A stretch of 64,000 bases of DNA from a virus (lineage: Duplodnaviria; Caudoviricetes), in the IMG/VR virus record IMGVR_UViG_3300021387_000682, positions 23,579-87,578 of that record; one strand, given 5' to 3'. A model generated the notes under the pieces. The model was not told where the DNA came from. It saw only the letters and a program-made list of their open reading frames with translations, and made no database searches. A program made the position numbers and the translations under genes. Below are positions 60,640 to 64,000 of the stretch, in pieces (within the stretch, counting starts at the first letter, position 1; each line of letters opens with the position of its first letter).

Positions 60640-60900
60640 CTTTGTAGGGTGGATATATGGGTCCGTTACTAGTATATATACATATTTAACGCGTGTGCGC
60701 GCATATATGTATATTATAAATATAATATATATAGTTTAATATAGTATATATGCATATATATGCATATCTTACTATTACTACTATTACTATCCCTAATATA
60801 CTACGTATATTTGTCCCTTCCTCTTCCTTCTCTTCCTCTCTTAACGCCCCGGATAGTACGGTACTTAAGCTTAGATGCCCCCCCTATTGCAGTATACCTT
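60640..60900. other. AT-rich, palindrome-rich non-coding region at the transcription strand switch (candidate origin/terminus/promoter region)
   Basis: TA-repeat tracts; palindromes ATATATGCATATAT, ACGCGT, GCGCGC; CT-rich tract; C7 run. Genes diverge on either side. Confidence 0.5.
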
Positions 60901-61084
60901 GTTTTCTTTGATTTAAGGTCTTATCGTACCATGGTGGATAAGTTGTGCCGGTGAATATGGGTGATGCGCTTAAATCGCAGAAAAAGGGCCTTAAAATGGA
61001 TGTTACGAGAATGGGTTATACATGGGTGTACACTGGTCATGAAAATGTAGAGAGTTTGTGTGTGGCTGAAACTATCTGCGAAAC

Positions 61085-61480
61085 GGGCCCGGTGGGTAAG
61101 GAGATTGGGAAGTCCCTCCGGGAGTCCTAAGGTGCACAGCCTTGTGTACCAACTTGGACTCACTCAGAGACTAACTAATTACTTGGCACTGATTTGTGCC
61201 TTATTGGCTGACGTATCAGACCAGAACTGGTGCTGATCGTACAGAAATGAGGTGCAAAACCAGAGCCACATTCCTCAGTGAAGAACAGTAGCTGAGAAGG
61301 AGACTGTCGTCTCAGATTGTTATGCTACGCAATCTAAAGACTAGGCGTAACGACCGAAAGCCTATAGTAACGAGGTCAAGGAGATTACTCATCTCGACAT
61401 TTAGAGTCTATGCGGTAATTCCGAGTAACTGCATAGTATTTAACAACTCGGTAGATGTGCAGAGGCTGTGGTGCACCATG
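61085..61480 (+). ncRNA. Candidate structured non-coding RNA / 5' leader
   Basis: Consecutive stems: CCCGG/CCGGG, GAGTCC..GGTGCAC/GTGTACC..GGACTC, GGCAC/GTGCC, ACG-ATCAG-ACCA/TGGT-CTGAT-CGT, CTCAG/CTGAG, GAGAC/GTCTC, TAGGC/GCCTA, CCGAGT/ACTCGG. No family recognised; strand inferred. Confidence 0.35.
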
Positions 61481-61492
61481 CGAAAGTATGTA

Positions 61493-61723
61493 ATGGCAGC
61501 AAAGAAAATGGCAACAAACTGTGTTAATGGTATTGTTAGCATTAACGGGAAGCGATTCCTGAAGGGAATTGCATTCTCAAATGAGCGTGAGTTTTGGGGA
61601 TTGGTGTGTAGGGTCATCTCTGGTAGTGAGCCTTTGATGATAAATGGTGTGCAGTTCAAGCACATCACTAGATCTACTTACAGTGTTGAGGAAGCTAACG
61701 TTATGAGAATGATATTCTCATAA
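61493..61723 (+). CDS. Small hypothetical early protein
   Basis: MAAKKMATNCVNG...RMIFS. The track's 61322 start extends into the hairpin region; ATG 61478 or 61493 is more plausible. Confidence 0.5.
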   Translation: MAAKKMATNCVNGIVSINGKRFLKGIAFSNEREFWGLVCRVISGSEPLMINGVQFKHITRSTYSVEEANVMRMIFS

Positions 61724-61762
61724 CCAACCGCGTGTAAGTATAGTAATTGAATAATATTCATG

Positions 61763-61811
61763 GGTGTGCTTGATACCCAAATAAGACCCAAAGGCATGGG
61801 CGAATAAAATG
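61763..61811 (+). repeat. Early-gene leader repeat, copy 1
   Basis: GGTGTGCTTGATACCCAAATAAGACCCAAAGGCATGGG-cgaataaa-ATG. Confidence 0.85.
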
Positions 61812-62135
61812 ATAGCAATAAACCATATGAATGGAGTCGTTAAGACATTTAACGATCTAAAGGCAATGGGATTTAAATCCTGTGCCATTATCAGGACACC
61901 AGATTACTCTGGTGGCCACAGAGACAATCTAGCCTTCTCTCGTGATGAGAACGAGGATTGGTGGGCTGATTTAGACCCATTCTGCTATGTGGAGTGGAAT
62001 GGATCTGTGGCTGACCTTTACAAGGAATGGCCAGAGATGACATGTCATAGAGAATATCCACATGAGGATCCAGTTGATTACGAACTAGATCTCTTTGAGG
62101 AGATCTTAGACGCACTAGAGAAGTTCAGTGCGTAA
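61809..62135 (+). CDS. Hypothetical early protein
   Basis: 108 aa; ATG preceded by the leader repeat. Confidence 0.75.
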   Translation: MIAINHMNGVVKTFNDLKAMGFKSCAIIRTPDYSGGHRDNLAFSRDENEDWWADLDPFCYVEWNGSVADLYKEWPEMTCHREYPHEDPVDYELDLFEEILDALEKFSA

Positions 62136-62310
62136 ACATAATAACTATATAACCATGTACGAAAATATGGTATGTGGAGTTGCTGTATTCATTACATTAT
62201 CTTGTATGGTAGCGTTGATGATAGGCAACTCCACAGTGTTGGCAGTCTGCATGATACTGTATGGGCTAGCTGTATTAGCTGGTATCATCAGTCTATTCAT
62301 TGAAGATTAG
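62128..62310 (+). CDS. Small membrane protein (2 TM)
   Basis: 60 aa with two hydrophobic helices; GTG start overlapping the upstream stop. Confidence 0.55.
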   Translation: MRKHNNYITMYENMVCGVAVFITLSCMVALMIGNSTVLAVCMILYGLAVLAGIISLFIED

Positions 62311-62384
62311 TCAACATAACTGAGCTAAGACTCCGAGGTGGCGCTTGGGAACAGAATAGCCATTTTTATTAGTATTCATTAACA

Positions 62385-62431
62385 GGTGTGCCAGATACCA
62401 AAATAAACCAAGGGCATGGGAAAATCATATG
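62385..62431 (+). repeat. Early-gene leader repeat, copy 2
   Basis: GGTGTGCCAGATACCAAAATAAACCAAGGGCATGGG-aaaatcat-ATG. Confidence 0.85.
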
Positions 62432-62902
62432 AAAACATTGAGAGAATACATTAATTGTTTTAAAGAAGTGGCGTATGATAAATACGGCCATAAACTAAAA
62501 ACAAGAGTCGTATGGGTAGATAAACTGCCCAACGAGTCATATAGCGAAGATGACTCACTTGAGGGAGAATATGTAGGTTATAGAAACATGACCTATATAG
62601 ACGCAATCGAAGTAGTAAATGACTTCATCGCCATAAGGCGGGAGTCATATAATGCTGGCGCAGCTGGCATTAGACATTACACATCAGAGGTCTATGTAAG
62701 AAAAGACTTCTGGAAGAAATTCCATCTCCCAATGGTTAACCCATTGAGGTATGGAAGGAAAGTATTTAAGTTCTACTTCAGGGTGGATAAGAGTTTACTC
62801 GTAACAACCGAAAATGTACGTGGTTTTGAGAGCCTCGAGGAGGCTTTAAGGTATCAAGCTTCCTCGCCTTATGGGGACCAGTGGTACCTGAAAATGGAGT
62901 AA
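62429..62902 (+). CDS. Hypothetical early protein
   Basis: 157 aa; ATG preceded by the leader repeat. Confidence 0.75.
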   Translation: MKTLREYINCFKEVAYDKYGHKLKTRVVWVDKLPNESYSEDDSLEGEYVGYRNMTYIDAIEVVNDFIAIRRESYNAGAAGIRHYTSEVYVRKDFWKKFHLPMVNPLRYGRKVFKFYFRVDKSLLVTTENVRGFESLEEALRYQASSPYGDQWYLKME

Positions 62903-62917
62903 CAACAAATATTAATC

Positions 62918-62966
62918 GGCGTGCCAGATGCCAAAATAAGTCCCAAAGGCATGGGCAAATCATATG
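62918..62966 (+). repeat. Early-gene leader repeat, copy 3
   Basis: GGCGTGCCAGATGCCAAAATAAGTCCCAAAGGCATGGG-caaatcat-ATG. Confidence 0.85.
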
Positions 62967-63239
62967 TATACAACGAGGGGAGAGAAGCTGACATGGGCAG
63001 AATTTGAAGCTCGTCGTAACTCAGGAGAGTCGATTTTCATTGGTAATTATCCAAAAGAGGATAAGGAGGAGTTTAAGCGTTATGCGCATTCTCATACCAT
63101 AGTAAAAACGCAGGAGTGGCTTGAGAAGCATGATGCTTCGTTGGACATCATGTATACCGATGGTCGTCCTGATTGTTACGACAAGTGGAACGGCGAATGT
63201 GCTGGCATTCGCTGCACTGACGGCTATCTCTGGAATTAA
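62964..63239 (+). CDS. Hypothetical early protein
   Basis: 91 aa; ATG preceded by the leader repeat; three Cys near the C-terminus. Confidence 0.75.
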   Translation: MYTTRGEKLTWAEFEARRNSGESIFIGNYPKEDKEEFKRYAHSHTIVKTQEWLEKHDASLDIMYTDGRPDCYDKWNGECAGIRCTDGYLWN

Positions 63240-63318
63240 GTTGTAATCCATGGTGGGATGCGCATACCATAATAACGCATATTATTTACTAATATTCATT
63301 AACTAAAAACTTGTTATT

Positions 63319-63882
63319 ATGAAAACAGATGTAATCATGGTAATCCATGGAAGTGATGTAAAGTTCGTGTCTACGAGCGGTAAGGTATTAAAGTATATTG
63401 ACCTGAGTGACCCTGACGGTTGGGATACAATTGTTGAGGTCAGAAAAACATTTGGCAAATCATTTGTCATTGTTGATGACTGTGTAAAACAGCGTTATGA
63501 ACTGAAAGAGATTCTCGACACATATGATCTAAGGCATACATATGGAACATACGGTGACGATGGAAAGCCTCTCTTTAAGACGCCTGAAAAGAGTATACCA
63601 GCTCAACGAATGATGGTAGAGAGTGTAAAGGTAATAGATGAATATACATTTCTTGACCTGAAAATGAATGAGTGTGTTGCCTATAAGTGGAGGTATGTAC
63701 TCCGCGAGTATAGCATTGAGAAACGATATTATCGATCTAAGGATGAGTTCCGTAAGAAACTCAAGAGAAGATTTGGCATTGATCTACCATTTCCAGAGAG
63801 AAAGAGTATGAGAGATGAGGCTATTGCTAGACTTATAGCGAAAAAGCTCAACTACCGCATACTTAACGTAGTAGGCATATAA
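63319..63882 (+). CDS. Hypothetical early protein
   Basis: 187 aa; ATG with AT-rich leader containing TAATATTCATTAAC; basic C-terminus. Confidence 0.75.
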   Translation: MKTDVIMVIHGSDVKFVSTSGKVLKYIDLSDPDGWDTIVEVRKTFGKSFVIVDDCVKQRYELKEILDTYDLRHTYGTYGDDGKPLFKTPEKSIPAQRMMVESVKVIDEYTFLDLKMNECVAYKWRYVLREYSIEKRYYRSKDEFRKKLKRRFGIDLPFPERKSMRDEAIARLIAKKLNYRILNVVGI

Positions 63883-63888
63883 TACCAG

Positions 63889-63918
63889 GGATGCACGTCA
63901 TTAGGTTGGCGTGTGTCC
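63889..63918 (+). promoter_or_regulatory. 12-bp hairpin (TTAGGT loop)
   Basis: GGATGCACGTCA-TTAGGT-TGGCGTGTGTCC, three GU pairs, no U-tract; its core matches the pre-terL hairpin at 13/14 nt. Confidence 0.6.
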
Positions 63919-64000
63919 ACAATGGGATTTGTTAGTATACTCCCGTAGGCTTGGCAAGGCCGACACCGCCACACGTTTAGTGGCCGTGATCGAAGAAACT

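Noticed and set aside
60760-61163. Short ORFs 60760-60954, 60921-61163 and 60945-61130
   Set aside because: Low-complexity or mutually overlapping frames inside the repeat/hairpin region, with no protein-like features.
61163-61173. TCAGAGACTA matches the group I intron R element
   Set aside because: No S element (AAGATATAGTC-like partner for P7) is found downstream, P and Q matches are poor, and no interrupted gene flanks it.
61763-62966. Repeats as a CRISPR mini-array
   Set aside because: Spacing is irregular (~620 and ~530 nt), the intervening DNA is protein-coding, and the copies are degenerate.
60640-64000. tRNA genes or hammerhead-type ribozymes in the non-coding stretches
   Set aside because: No cloverleaf with a GGTTCRA T-loop and no complete CTGANGA...GAAA core were found by eye. 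A tRNAscan/Infernal run would be decisive.

Overview
This window is part of a crAss-like (Crassvirales) phage genome with a probable Bacteroidota host, and it uses the standard genetic code. From ~60.6 kb leftward all real genes lie on the minus strand. They run from small DNA-metabolism and chaperone genes (GroES-like, RNase HI, HU/IHF-like, dUTPase plus a degenerate paralogue, RusA-like) through terminase, portal, scaffold, major capsid, ring and auxiliary capsid genes, tail fibres and a lysis cassette. Further left come ring and muzzle genes, two injected cargo proteins, and a 5843-aa virion RNA polymerase polyprotein that also carries a PD-(D/E)xK nuclease and a zincin protease. The last minus-strand gene is a >1237-aa ORF missing from the supplied track; it runs off the left edge and carries an inactive zincin, an AbiEii/MenT-like nucleotidyltransferase and an active zincin. 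An AT-rich palindromic strand-switch region and a hairpin-dense non-coding segment (~60.6-61.5 kb) precede small plus-strand orphan genes. Three of these share a ~48-nt leader ending GGCATGGG-N8-ATG. A hairpin with a TTA(A/G)GT loop recurs three times, with a 14-mer conserved at 13/14 positions in two copies. All family assignments come from motif recognition by eye, and no database searches were run.
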